DNA of 64,000 bases from Macrostomum lignano (Eukaryota), in NCBI GenBank assembly GCA_002269645.1, contig NIVC01000065.1, positions 1-64,000 on the forward strand, in the 5' to 3' direction. This document shows positions 14,290 to 28,400 of this stretch, one piece after another; position 1 is the first letter of the stretch, and each line of letters opens with the position of its first letter. Position numbers and translations under genes: made by a program. The notes under the pieces are model-generated. The model saw only the letters and a program-made list of their open reading frames with translations, searched no databases and was not told where the DNA came from.

Positions 14290-15649
14290 TGGTCCGGTAG
14301 AAATCTAAGAATCCCGATATGGGATCTAAGAATCCTGATATGAACTCTTAGAATCCCGATCTTATGAAAGTACCCTGGGATTTTTAAGTTAAAATTTTAG
14401 GAGTAAAAATAAACTGCATTCCCTAAATTACTATTAAATGCATTGATTGCTATTCAACAGATCTGCTTCTTCCGCAATTTTAATTACGCGTTCTGTTTGC
14501 CTGTTATGAAGTGCTTGTATCAGTTCGTACTCAAAAGCCTTGCTGATTAGGTTTTAAACAGTTCTGTTTTGATTTTACCTGTTCACGTTAATTCTTATCG
14601 TTGTTATACTATTATCACCTTAAATTTTTGCTATCAATCCGTCAGCATATCACTATTTTCTGACGATCGATTTATTAGTCAGCTACACTCAGATTCAAAT
14701 TGTTGATGCGATTTTTAAATAAATATCACCGCGTCAGTGCGCGCCCCACTATACATTTTTAGTTTATCTACCTGTTTGATCTCCAGTACAGAGGTGGTAA
14801 AGCATATCTAGATAAAATAACTGTCGATTATTTAGACATTTTTAACTTGCTAATTCCTGTGTCAGTCGTGCCTTGCCTCTATACAAATAGTTTATAGCAA
14901 GTAATGTGTATGTTAAATGTTGTATTTGTTTGAGTGATCAATTATTATTACTACTAAAACTTTTATAATTTTAAATATATGTGTATCTCCTATATTGTCA
15001 GGAAAGTCAGAACTCACTTAAAAATCACAGTTTCACTTTGGTATTCTTGATTTAACCAAGAGAATTAGAGAGTCATCAAATCAGTGTATCAATGCGTGGA
15101 GCTCTTTAAGTGCTAGATATTTGTAGCAACAGCCGATCTAGTGCCCGGGATATTTGAAGCCTCATACATGTTATGTAGACTGCCTAGAAGTGTGTTCGTT
15201 TAAATCGGCCATAACAAAGTGGAAAGGAAGTAGAAACTGTTTGTAGATTGATGAAATATCAATTTGAGTTTGAATAGAATTCGATTGACATGCGACTATT
15301 CATTCGTATGTACCCAGATATCTGGACATCACGTTAAATGTTAAATATTGATGTCGCCCTTAAATATGTACTTAAATATCCTAGAAAGTAAACCTATTTT
15401 AGATAGTTGTGTCTAAACTTTTAAATAATTTTATACAGTTATAAACAAAGTTTTGTAGTCACTGGCATATCAAAAGCTGTGTTATCAAGCTATTGTGTGT
15501 TTTAATAAGTTTTTAATTTTAAATGCATAGTAACCGTTTCTTAGAAAAAGTTTTCGCTGCACGGTTTTGCGAAGGCAGCAAAGCTTTAGGTTTGGGCTTA
15601 GAAATAATTTTTTACACCCGTCTGAGACGACTACAGATACTAAGACTCG

Positions 15650-18600
15650 ATGGCAAAAATTGTCATTGCTGGTAAGTAATAGATTACTTCACTTTAGTTT
15701 TTTATAGATGGCGCGGCATTATTCTGCATTTAGTTCAGATTTTCTTCTCGACATTATTAGATTGTACTTTGTATTTAAATTATATATAGTAATTTCAAAA
15801 CTTTAGCTAATGTTTCTTTAATAATTTTATGCAGCATTATAATCAATTGTATTTTCTCAGTGGTTTAATCATTTTAAGAATTTTAATTAGGTAATTTGAA
15901 TTGAATGTACTAAGTCTAAGGCAAGCTAAAATGTATGGTGCCATGTCTTTCTGATAAGATGCTGAACCCAGATTATTCTTTTATGTTGTTTCTATTTTAA
16001 TCCTGGAATTTTTTTTCAAATCTCAACCAAAGTCTAGTTCTTTTAATAATAATGGTATATATATTTATCTTTTATTAAAATTAACCTTTTTTAAAAATAT
16101 TAGCTTAGGACTAGGTTTAAATCAGAAACAGAGATTGGCAACCTGAACCTTTTTAGAGCAAGGGCCAAAAAGCCAATTTTTAAGGGCTTGCCTTAGATTC
16201 CAATAAAATAAAATTAAAAATGACAGTTGTATTATAGATTCATGGTTTATTCCAATCTCAACAATTTTTGTTCTTGTTTTGTTTCTAGGCTTTATTTTCA
16301 ATACATAATAAGGATAAAAAGTGAGAGTGAGAGAGAAGGTGGGGTGAAAGCCTAGGGGCAGATACAATTCTAGATCATCAAGGGCCTTGGGATAGGATTA
16401 GAAAGCCTTTGGAGGCTAGATCTAGGCATCTAGCATTGAGGCCAAAAGTTGCCAATCCTTGGTTTAAAATTAACACTAACTAAGGTATCTTGTCTTTGAG
16501 ACATAACTTACAATTACAATGGGTCTAGAATTAAGATATTATCTATATTATAAGCTAAGCTACTAATAAGTATCACTATATCAGTTATTGCCATATGAAG
16601 TGATAACTATTATTTAGATTTTTTGGCTTATTTAATTTAATTTATATTTATATTGACAACCATATATTTTTTTGAGAAGCTGTTTATTGTTAAACAGCTA
16701 ATTGATAGCCTAGGATCAAGGCTAATTCAATAAAAACATTCAATAGTTCAATTCAATATTCAATTCAATATTTAATTCATTTAATAATTCATTAAGAATT
16801 AATAATTAATAATTAATAATTAATAATTCAATATTCAATATTTAATTCAATAAAAATATTGTAGTAAACATTTAGGCAATTATAAACTCTTAAACATATT
16901 ATCTAATTGTTGGGAATTTTTTATATGTCTTACAAGTTTATTTAATATAATTATAAGATCTTTTGTATGAAGTTATCAATCCAAAATGGAATCTTCATCA
17001 TGTTCAATAACTTTCTGCTAGCATGTGTGTAGAAAATTAAATATTCTAGAATATATAGGAATTCCCTATGGTAAGGTAAATCCTATAGCAATGCTACTTC
17101 TATGCAGTGTTGGGCAAGTTATTCAAAAAAGTAACTTGCGTTACTGTAACTTAAGTTACCAATTTTTAAAAAGTAACTTATGTTAGCCTAGTAACTTTAG
17201 ACAAAAACCTGGTAACTTTTAAGTTACTGTCCGTTACTCACTTCTGTTACCCATGTTATTAACAAAATTTTCTGCTTTTTTCACATTGCACATTTTTTCA
17301 CATTGTTGTTAGTGAAATTTGCCATTGGGCATTGGGATTAACCAATTAACAGACAGAGACAGGAATTGGCGACACAATGTGAGGCAAGTAGAAGGACCAA
17401 TGGGCAATGGCAATCAATAATTAAAATTATAAATGATAAAATAAACGAATATCAATAATTCAATAGAGTAAAATAAATAGAACTGTATAAAATGGTGTAG
17501 TGTACTACAGTGCCAGTGGAGGGACTTGTGGAGGCTACAGATGAATTTCTTTCTTTGGTTGTTTGTTTGAATCAAACTTGAAAATTTTAGTAACGAAAAT
17601 AAAAGGCAAAAATATTTTACCGAAATTAACAAAGTAAAACATGTTTCAAGTATTTCTTCATTAATTAAGCACAATACCATATGATACTATTCACTTAATT
17701 TTGAATTTAGGAATGAAAAATGCAAAAAACATGTGACAACTGGCATAATAGCTAAGCATTTCAGTTTTAAATTTAAATATTGCGATTGTTGCAAAGTAAC
17801 TGTAATGGACTTCTGAAATTTGAGTAACTTACCATTACTCCGTTACTAAAATAAAAAAGTAACTTGCGTAAGGAATGCTTTACGAAAAAGTAACTTGCGT
17901 TACCATTTGCAAGTTACTCAGTAACAGAAGTGCCCAACACTGCTTCTATGTAACAACTAGGCTATAACCCCTTCTTAACTTCTAGAGAATATAGACTTAG
18001 AAGTTTACTAGCGCAACTAGAAATTTGTTGCAAGGGGGGGGGGCAAATTAGAGAGGGTAAAGACCCAATAGGGGTAGAGGGGATGGCTCTGTATTTTGCC
18101 AAAAAATTATTTGGTCTCTTTTAGATTTTTTCTAGTCTCCACCTAATGGAGGCAACTGGAATTTATCTTCCAATTTGTAAGAAATTCTAGTAAATTAATT
18201 TGTTTTCTAGACTCTTCATAGATTCTTATTTTTTCTGTTAGCACAAATTTTATAAAATGTACTTTTGGCACAAGATGATCTAAGAAAGACATGACTTGTT
18301 GTAGCATATATTTTAAGCCCAAATTATGGCCATGAAGAACTATAAGCCTTGTCAAGAACATAAATATTTAATATTAATTCCTTTCCTTAAACTTTAATTT
18401 TAATTTAAAAAAAATAAATTGATTATTATATGATGATACTTAAGGTTGAAATTTGGATATATTGTTGAGAATTTAGCCTACCTATAGTTGATATTCTTAA
18501 ATTAATAAATCCATATTTTCTCACCATCTTAATTATTAATCATAGGCTCGGCCGATTGTCCCTACTTTGCCAAAGTGGAGTTGCTTGCAGACAATTTGGC

Positions 18601-21600
18601 CAAAAATTTGCCCAGTTTTAAGCTGCATAAAATTGTTCGAACTGCCAATGATTGGCCTGTAAGTGTGTTTTGTACTGTTTTTTATTGCCATACTGTTTGC
18701 TAATTTGAAATGTTTTTACACAGCTAAGCTGTCAATCCGTCATCAGGACTGGTCGCGTCATTGCTGTCGCGAGCGCGGTTGGCGTCATCAACGTTCACCA
18801 ATTATTTGGCGCGAACTTGTCAATCAAGGCGGCAAAGGTGTACTGATTGGCGGCGCTAATGAGTTTCAAGAGTTTGCTAAGGGTGAGCGGAAACTGCCTT
18901 GGTGTTAAATAGTTTACTAACCTGTTTCATCCGTGTCTACTGTCCCTGTTTCACCTGTGTCTACTACCCCTGTTTCACCTGTGTCTACTACCCCTGTTTC
19001 ACCTGTGTCACCTACCCCTGTTTCACCTGTGTCTACTACCCCTGTTTCACCTGTGTCTACTACCCCTGTTTCACCTGTGTCTACTACCCCTGTTTCACCT
19101 GTGTCTACTACCCCTGCTTCACCTGTGTCTACTAGCCCTGTTTCACCTGTGTCTACTGCCCCTGCTTCACCTGTGTCTACTACCCCTGCTTTACCTGTGT
19201 CTACTAGCCCTGTTTCACCTGTGTCTACTGCCCCTGCTTCACCTGTGTCTACTACCCCTGCTTCACCTGTGTCTACTACCCCTGCTTCACCTGTGTCTAC
19301 TACCCCTGCTTCACCTGTGTCTACTACCCCTGCTTCACCTGTGTCTACTACCCCTGTTTCACCTGTGTCTACTACCCCTGCTTCACCTGTGTCTACTACC
19401 CCTGCTTCACCTGTGTCTACTACCCCTGTTTCACCTGTGTCTACTACCCCTGCTTCACCTGTGTCTACTATCCCTTTTTCACCTGTGTCTACTATCCCTA
19501 TTTCACCTGTGTCTACTATCCCTATTTCACCTGTCTACTACCTCATTTCACCTGTCTACTACTCCATTTCACCTTCATCTACTGCCCCCTTCCCTGCGCA
19601 TGCGCCAATCCGCAGCCTACTACGATGCCGAATCATCGATGTTGAGCCCGGAGATGCTCGCGGTTGCCAAGGACAACTCGCGCTACAAATCGGAGCTGGA
19701 CGCCGAAGAGGCTCACCTGCGCTCGCTATCTAAGCCACTGCAGGTGCTAGTGACGGCCTCGGCGAGCCCCACCGCCTACCAGCTGCTGCCGCTGCTCATG
19801 GACGGCTCCGTGTTCGGGCGGAGCACTGAGCTGGCCTTCACACTGTTCGACTGCGATGTAGCTGATGCGGAGGAGCTGGAGGTCCGTGCGCCTGTCTGTT
19901 TACCTTCTGGCTGGGTCACCGTCATCCTCCCAGATCCCCAGTTGCTGGGCCAGCCTCGCAGATCCTCAGTTGCTAGGCCAGCCTGCCAGATCCTCAGTTG
20001 CTGGGCCAGCCTCCCAGATCCTCAGTTGCTGGGCCAGCCTCCCAGATCCTCAGTTGCTGGGCCAGCCTCCCAGATCCTCAGTTGCTGGGCCAGCATCCCA
20101 GATCCTCAGTTGCTGGGCCAGCCTCCCAGATCCTCAGTTGCTGGGCCAGCCTCCCAGATCCTCAGTTGCTGGGCCAGCCTCGCAGATCCTCAGTTGCTAG
20201 GCCAGCCTGCCAGATCCTCAGTTGCTGGACCAGTGTCCCAGATCCTCAGTTGCTGGGCCAGCCTCCCAGATCCTCAGTAGCTGGGCCAGCCTCCCAGATC
20301 CTCAGTTGCTGGGCCAGCCTCCCAGATCCCCAGTTGCTGGGCCAGCCTCGCAGATCCTCAGTTGCTAGGCCAGCCTCCCAGATCCCCAGTTGCTGGGCCA
20401 GCCTCCCAGATCCTCAGTTGCTGGGCCAGCCTCCCAGATCCTCAGTTTATGCCTTGAAAATACTGTCTAATTATTTGCAAGATATGTTACGCATTGCTGC
20501 TCCCCAACCCTTCATCAGGGCCTGGTGATGGAGGCCTTCGACTTGGCCCATCCGCTGGTGCGCAGCATCCGGGCCACCGCCAACTTCCAGGAGGCCGCAG
20601 CCGCCGCAGACATCCTGCTGCTGCTTGACGACGTCCTCTTGAAGCCGCCGTCGCCGCAGGAGTCGGCAACGGACGGCGAGGAAGACAAAAAGGCGGCGAT
20701 GGCCACGGAGGCTTCACCGGCCGAAGGCGACTCGCCAACGAAGCTGGACAAATCGGACGCCGATGCAGCCGCCTCGGCCGCCGAGCTGGCCGCCCGCGTC
20801 GACTGGCTGTCGGCCGCCGCTGCAGTTTATCGACGCTACGCCGACTGGTTGAACGCGGCCGAATGCAGTCGCCGGCTGAAGGTGCTGCTTGCCGGCCGCG
20901 GGCCTGTCAACTTCGGCGCCCGGGTGCTGCTGGACGCCTGTCCGCGCTTGCCGGCCAGAAATGTGGCCGCTGCCGGTCGGTTGCTGGAGCGGCAGGCCAA
21001 GGGCGCACTGGCGGGACATATGAAGGTCAGTGTAGATTTTGGGCTTTTAGGATGAATGGCCTTTGTTCTAATTATTAGAGGGGGGCCTACAGTCTTAAAA
21101 ACTGCACGGAGAATTTCCTTTTAATCCTGATAAATGGAGTGATCTATTTTCTGTCTGATGAACTGAGTGACCTACTGTCCGATGAACTGAGTGACCTACT
21201 GTCCAATAAACTGAGTGACCTACTGTCCGATGAACTGAGTGACCTACTGTCCAATAAACTGAGTGACCTACTGTCCGATGAACTGAGTGACCTACTGTCC
21301 GATAAACTGAGTGACCTACTGTCCGATGAACTAAGTGACCTACTGTCCGATAAACTGAGTGACCTACTGTCCGATAAACTGAGTGACCTACTGTCCGATG
21401 AACTCAGTGACCTACTGTCCGATAAACTGAGTGACCTACTGTCCGATAAACTGAGTGACCTACTGTCCGATAAACTGAGTGACCTACTGTCCGATAGACT
21501 GAGTGACCTATACATTTAGTCTCAATCGCTTGTTACCCTATCCAGGTGCTGCCGTCCAGCGTGGTTGACCTGATAGTTTGGGGCGACCCGGCCGGGGAGA

Positions 21601-22364
21601 ACCTGGTGGACCTGAGCCGGGCCCGGGTGCACTACTACGACGGGTCAATCACGGGACCGGACAGCTACAACCAGCCTGTGCTGGACACAGTTTGGGATAA
21701 GAAATGGCTCAATCAGGAGTTTCCTAAAACAATGCGTCAGCGACAGGATAACAATCTGTTGCTAGGCGGAACTGGGCCACGATCGGCGGCGCTGAGCACT
21801 GCTCAGGCCACAGCTGACACGGTACGCAACTGGTGGCTGGGCGGCTCTGGCAACGAGATCTGCTCGTTAGGAGTTGTGTCCGAGGGTGAGACTGAGCCTA
21901 TTGACTGCAACGTACTAATCGCGGCCAACTTAACTTAACTTAGTCAACTACTAAGCCAGCGATCTGACCTGTGTCTAAACACACAACCCGACCCCTCTTA
22001 CCGAAATCTCGCAGGCTGGTACGGCATCCCGCCCGGTCGGGTGTTCAGCTTTCCCGTCCGATTCCAGCCGAAAGGCGCCTGGTCCGTTGTCGAAGATGTC
22101 GACTTGTCCGAGGAATCCGTCCAGCGACTGGCTCAGCTGGCTGAGGTGAGGTGCAGAATAGATAGATAGATAGGTAGGTAGATAGGTAGGTAGATAGATA
22201 GGTAGGTAGATAGATAGGTAGGTAGGTAGATAGATAGGTAGGTAGGTAGATAGATAGGTAGGTAGGTAGATAGATAGGTAGGTAGGTAGATAGATAGGTA
22301 GGTAGGTAGATAGATAGGTAGGTAGATAGATAGGTAGGTAGATAGATAGATATATAGATGGATG

Positions 22365-22405
<41 letters not shown>

Positions 22406-22406
22406 G

Positions 22407-22477
<71 letters not shown>

Positions 22478-25400
22478 CCGAATTTCAAAGTACTTCGGGT
22501 GTCCCAAATTTATTTAGACTTCTCGCTAAATTTAACAATATCAACTGCAGCAACAAAACAAACCATCAGTCAGTGACGTAATCTCCTTGGCATTGAATAA
22601 CAGCGTCTCAGTGATCCCAAAGTCGATGCAACTCCTGCTGCAGGCTCTCAATCTCCAGACCCCTTGCCCACTGCAACGTCGCCTGTTGCACTTCAACATG
22701 GTTCCCAAACTGGCGATGCTCGAAGTCTCGCTTCAGCCAAGAAAACAAAAAACGGTCACAAAGATTAAAATCTGGACTGTACGGTGCCTGGTGCAGCAAT
22801 CGGATGCCTTGTTTCTCCATGAAATGTTGAGTTGCTGCAGCTGTGTGAAGCCGGGCGTTGTCCCACTGCCAGATCACCTGATCAAGATGAATCGGTTGAC
22901 TTCTTAAAGATCGCCAGAGATTCCCGGTTCGCTGAAAGAAGTTGACAATGAACTCCGCATCCACTGACTGTCCTGGTTTGGTTGTTTCAAATGAAAACCT
23001 TTTGCTGGGGGTGAAGGCTGCAACAAGCAGAGTCTTCTTGTTTGTCATGCATCTTCTCACCACCTGGGCTCCCCGTTCGACAGCCAGCATCTGTTGCTCA
23101 TTTTGCAGAGCTGGCCTTCAAAGAAGATCCAGGACTCATCTTGAGTGACCAACTTATCTATGATGTTGTTGATTCCTTCACTCTGAAACACGCTGCGGAT
23201 GTTTCTGGCACATGCCACCCTAGCCTGTTTGTTGGCCTTGGCGAGGTGATGGGGCACCCATACCGATGTGACACAACGCAGCTCCAGGTCTTCTCTCAAA
23301 ATTCGATGCACCGTTGACTTGTCAACCTCCAGCCAGTCAGCAAGGGTCCGTACTGACACTTTTGGATCGTCTTCAATCAGAACACGCGCATCGCTGATCA
23401 GCTCTGGTGTTCGAGTTGATCGAGGTCTCCCGGCACCGCTGGCACTCGGGCAGTCGCCTGCTCCTTTAGTGGGGCCGGTTTTGGCATCAGCGGTGGCTGC
23501 CTTGAAATAATTAAATACAGTTGCACGGCATGGAGCTCCACTGCCATACACGGAAGACAACTCTTCAAAGCACTGTTGAGCACTGATTCCAAGCTGCTGC
23601 CGCGTCCATGCGTAAAATCTAAAGTTTTCTTTGCTAGGCTCCATTCGTTTTTGCACTGGCGTTGCAGTAGGCAAAAATGAGCTATAAAAATCTATTAGTA
23701 ATGCGCAAGAGAGGGTGCAGTTATACTTAAATCTCTTGTGCGTCTTCGGTACTGTCTATGGTAGCATGTGGTGCGCTGACAGCTGTAGCTATAGTTCACT
23801 CTTCAAATAGCAGCAGTAATCTAAATAAATTTGGGACACCTGAAGTAAAGCCACGCACTCATAGTCGGATTTTCTTAATGATTAGTCAAATCGAACGTAT
23901 TTAAATCGACCGATATTTCGGCCAGATTTGGCCTTCTTCAGGGTTTATTTTTGGGGTATTTTATCATAACTTTAATATTTATATACGAGCTTTGGAGGGG
24001 TGCGCTTAGCAGCGTTGAGTAAAATGTGTACTTAAAATAAAAAGGATGAATTGAAGCACGCTGATTGGTTGCAGCTTTAAAGCCTTGGATAATAACAAAA
24101 ATAAATGTGAGGAGCTACAGAAAAACTGATTTAGAAAAAAGTGAATGACTAAGCATCTTGACTAGTACGACAAAATTTATTACGAAAACACAACTTAAAT
24201 TGATAAAGAGCACTAAGAACTTGGATTGCTTAAAGTATTGTAAATAATTAAATGCAAATACATCAACAGTAATTGAGAACGAGAAGCCAGTCAGGCCACG
24301 AGTCGCAGTTGGCGGCGTCTGGTCAGTCAGGCCACGAGTCGCAGTTGTCGGCGTCTGGTCACAGACCGCCGCCTGCACAGCCCCTGGGCACTGCCGATCG
24401 ATTGCAGATTAATAGTAGTAGTAACAGTAGTGGTAGTAGTAGTAGTAGAGTATAGTAGTAGTAGTCTTCAACGTCGTAATCGTAGTCATAGTAGGCTCGA
24501 ACGTCTAGTAGTATCAGCTGTAAATATTAGCGCTTGTGCTCATTTTGGTCATGAGTTGATTTTTAGCGGGGTGAGTAGACGGCACACCGAGAGAAAACCA
24601 AGCACTGGTCGCGGGAGAAGATATAACCGAATGCCAAAGTAAAGCCACGCACTCAGAGTCGAATTCTCTTAATGATAAGTCAAATCGAACTTATTTAAAT
24701 CGACCGATATTTCGGCCTGAACCTGGCCTTCTTTAGGATTCATTTTGGGTATAAAGCCCAAATTATTTTGATTATTTCGATTATTTTGGCAGTGAACTTA
24801 TTTTATCATAACTTTAATATTTATATACGAGCTTTGGAGGGGTGCGCGCTAGCCTGTGGTGACTGAGGACAGTCCGCGCCTACTTTGGGTTCCTGGGCAC
24901 AGGCGGGTCGGTCCTGCAGGATGGACTCTTGGTCGGAGGCTGCTGTTAAGTGAACACTGTCCTCAAGGCCAATACTGTCCAGTGCTGGTGACTCTACCCT
25001 GCGATTGTGAGTCGTCGATAGTGATGGTGGACGTGTGCGGCTCAGCAGTAGATAGATGTTCATTGAGAGCACCATTGCTGCCTGCAGGTGGGGATGCCTG
25101 ATCGCATCCGTCTTGCGATGTCCAGCGGAACCCAACACGCCAGCTCGTTTGCAGCTGACTCGTGTCGACCTCCTTGCTGGCATCCTCGATTTCGGCTGAC
25201 AAGCGGTAAAAGGCATAGCTCATAAGGGTTCTCCATTGTATCCTGGGTGCTCAGCTCCCATGTCAAGGCTTGTCATGCACGCATTGTTGCGTCGCTTCGG
25301 TATTAAGGGCCGGCCGAATAAAGTTTTTCAGCTGTTCGGTTTTGCGGTGCACCCCACTCGGGACAACTCGCCAGTTCTCCAAGTGCTGCGCCGCTCGGAA

Positions 25401-28400
25401 GAGTTGCTTAACAAGGCGGGCAACTCGTGCGGCTTCTGTTGACCTCGGGAGTCCCCTGGTGAGCTTCTTGACGGGTGTCGGCGCGAGGGCCTCGGGGAGG
25501 CCGGCAACCGTCGCTGCGGGAACCACGGCGGTTGTCATCACGTGGATCATGACGGGTGTAACGGCGAGGCTCAAGATGATCGTGATCACGAGTTCTATGG
25601 TCTGTAGTGCGGCGATATTCACGATTAGGCCCATGCCAGTTTATGCCCCGAGCGTAACCAGTAGATGATTCATTTCGGGATCTGTTGCCAAGGCCACCCG
25701 GCTGGTTACGGTCTTGCTGGCGTCGGTCACTTTTTGGATTTGTTTGCTAGTTTTTTAGAGTTATGCCAGGTGCGGCTATTGGTAGGCATAACCTACCGGT
25801 AGATTGATAGAGATAGATATATAGATAGATAGACGAATGTCAAAGCAAAACCACGCACGCAGAGTAGGAATACTTTTTTGATAAAGATGATTGATTAAGC
25901 CGATCTATTTCGGTCAGATCCTAGCCTTCTTAAAGGTTTATTTTTAGGGTCTAAAAACAACAAATATTGGCAGTGAAATTATTTACCATAAAATTATGTA
26001 TATACCAGCTTTGAAGGGGAGCGCTGAGCATTTTTGAGTAAAAATTTGTACAGAAAGTAAATGAAAAGAGTAAATTGAAGCACTCTGGTTGGTTGGGGCG
26101 CTAAAGCCTTGCACAATAAATATAGATGTGAGGAGCTATAGAAAAACAGGTTTAAATCAAAGAAATGAATGACTAAGCAGCTTGAAAAGTATATCCCAAC
26201 AAGAAGGTATTTCAAAAACACTGATATTAAATTGATATAGAGCACTGAGAACTTTGACTTCATAAAGAAGTGTAAATAATTAGATGTAAATGCATAACAG
26301 TAATTAAATTGAGTCAGGCCACGAGTCGCAGTTAGCGGTGTCTGGTCACAGACCGCCGTCCGTCCAGCCCCTGGTCACAGGCAACTGGGCACTGCCGTTC
26401 AGTAGTAGACTAATAGTAGAAAAGTAGTAGTAGTATTCTTAGTAGTAGTAGATATTAGTGCTCATGCTCATTATGGTTTATTTTAAGGGTATAAAAACAA
26501 CAATTATATTGGCAGTGAAGCTATTTTATCATAACCTTAATATTTATATACCAGCTTTAAAAGGGTGCGCTGAACAGCGTCGTTGAGTAAAAATGGTAGA
26601 TAGATAGATAGATAAGACCACCCAAACAGTATAGCAGCTCTAAGCTTAACTTAAACGAGAAAAATCACAAAGACTGTTACAGACGAAAAATATAAATGTA
26701 CTGAACCGATATTTCGGCAATGAGCTGGCCTTAGTCGGGGTTCTCTGCATGTGTAACAAAATCAAGCGAAAATCTACTGAAATATACTGTAGTTGGGGAC
26801 TAGATATTTTGTGTTAAGTTGTGGTGGGCCCCGTCGCACAGTATTGCTGCATTGCCGCCCACTCTGAAAAGCTTAATCAATGCCATCAGTGAGGGCAGGA
26901 ATTTTTCAGGGGCAGAAAATGTTCTCAAAAGTGTAATCGAGTGAACGCAGATACAGTGTGCAACCCTTGTGCATGATGACTGCGTGCTCAGCGGGGAGAT
27001 GATTTTCTGTTCCACGATCCTGCGTTTGCGATAGGCTTCTTTGCTGGTCTCATTCTCGATGCTGAGGTACCAGAGGCCCATGATGCGTAAATTACCAAAG
27101 CAGTGATTGGAAGAGCAAAAATTCCTGCTAACACGGTTGTCCTTAGCGAGCCTGATATCGCTCAAGTGAGGCTGGAGTCTGACCTTGATTGCTCCGCCTT
27201 TTTCACAGTCTCGCATAACTCACAGTCTCGGCTACCGCAGTCTTGGAAGCCGAAATTCCACAGAAAAAAATGTCGATCGAAGGGATTGAATGACCCTGCT
27301 TTTTTTAGAATGCACATTTAGGTTGTTGCTGGCCTGATCAAAGTCATCTTCAAAGATGGAGTAGCGAAGAAACAGAGATTTCATACCTTTGAATGTCTGC
27401 TTTGGATAAAATGAATTTGGGTTCAATCATTGTTGGGAATCCGTGCGCTTTGAAGTAGATCGATTAGGGTAATCTCTTCCTCTTGTCTTCGTTGTTTAAA
27501 GTGACACAGCAGCCCAAAAAAAAATTATCTGCTTTGCTGTACCGGTATCTGTTTTCCGCTGCTCACAGATATTTGTCAGGTGCATCGGCAGCAACTAATT
27601 TGATCTATCGTGTAGACCTTCGATTTTGGAAAGGCTTTTGCCACAGTGGTTGATAGTTGTGGTCAGCTGCTTGTCGATAAGCTCTTCAAATTGCCTTAGA
27701 AGAGCCTGGTCCCATGGTAACAGGATCACAGCCTTAACGTCCGACATGGGATTGGCTCTTTCATATGTAGCTCGTACTGTAGCTCGTACGCAGTTTTTAG
27801 CATGCAAAGCTCGTAGTGGCTCTCCATTGAATCTTGCTTTCTGCTTTTCCAGGTCGCCGCGTTTTCTTTAACGCGTTGATGGTCCATCGGTCGGCATAGC
27901 TGTTCGGATGAGCGTTTCTTTCTGCTCGGCTTTCTTGTGAACGCTTTTCGGCACATACGCCAGTTGTCCAAGTGATGGACAGACCTTAAGAGTTTCTTGA
28001 CTGGGTGAGACTTTAGGCTGCACTAGTCGGTAGAGCCTTAGTAACAGGAGCATAAGGGCTATCTTTATTTCGTCGAGAATCACGTCTCGACGTTGCGATT
28101 CTTAATCCTGCGAGGTTTGTTGCGGTTGCGGCGAGGTTTAACATTTTCACGACTAGTCTTATCCCGAGTACGGTGCGGTACATCGTTGTTACGGCGGTTG
28201 TTCCAAGACCAGTCCCATTGTTGGTACGCTCGTAGATCAGCGTCTGGAAGTCTGTGGTTTGGCCGCGAACGATGCTGATGTGCTCCGGTATGAGTGTTTT
28301 GACGTTGCTGATTATATTGCTCAGAAAATTCTCTTTCGGAGTTGTGCCAAGTGCGGTTGTGCCTCGAAATTCTCGGGCAACCGAAGAAAAAAACAAGCTG

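Noticed and set aside
20505-20525. Minus-strand CCCTGATGAAGG resembling a hammerhead core
   Set aside because: It is the MDH1B splice acceptor (cttcatcag); no downstream GAAA or helix II.
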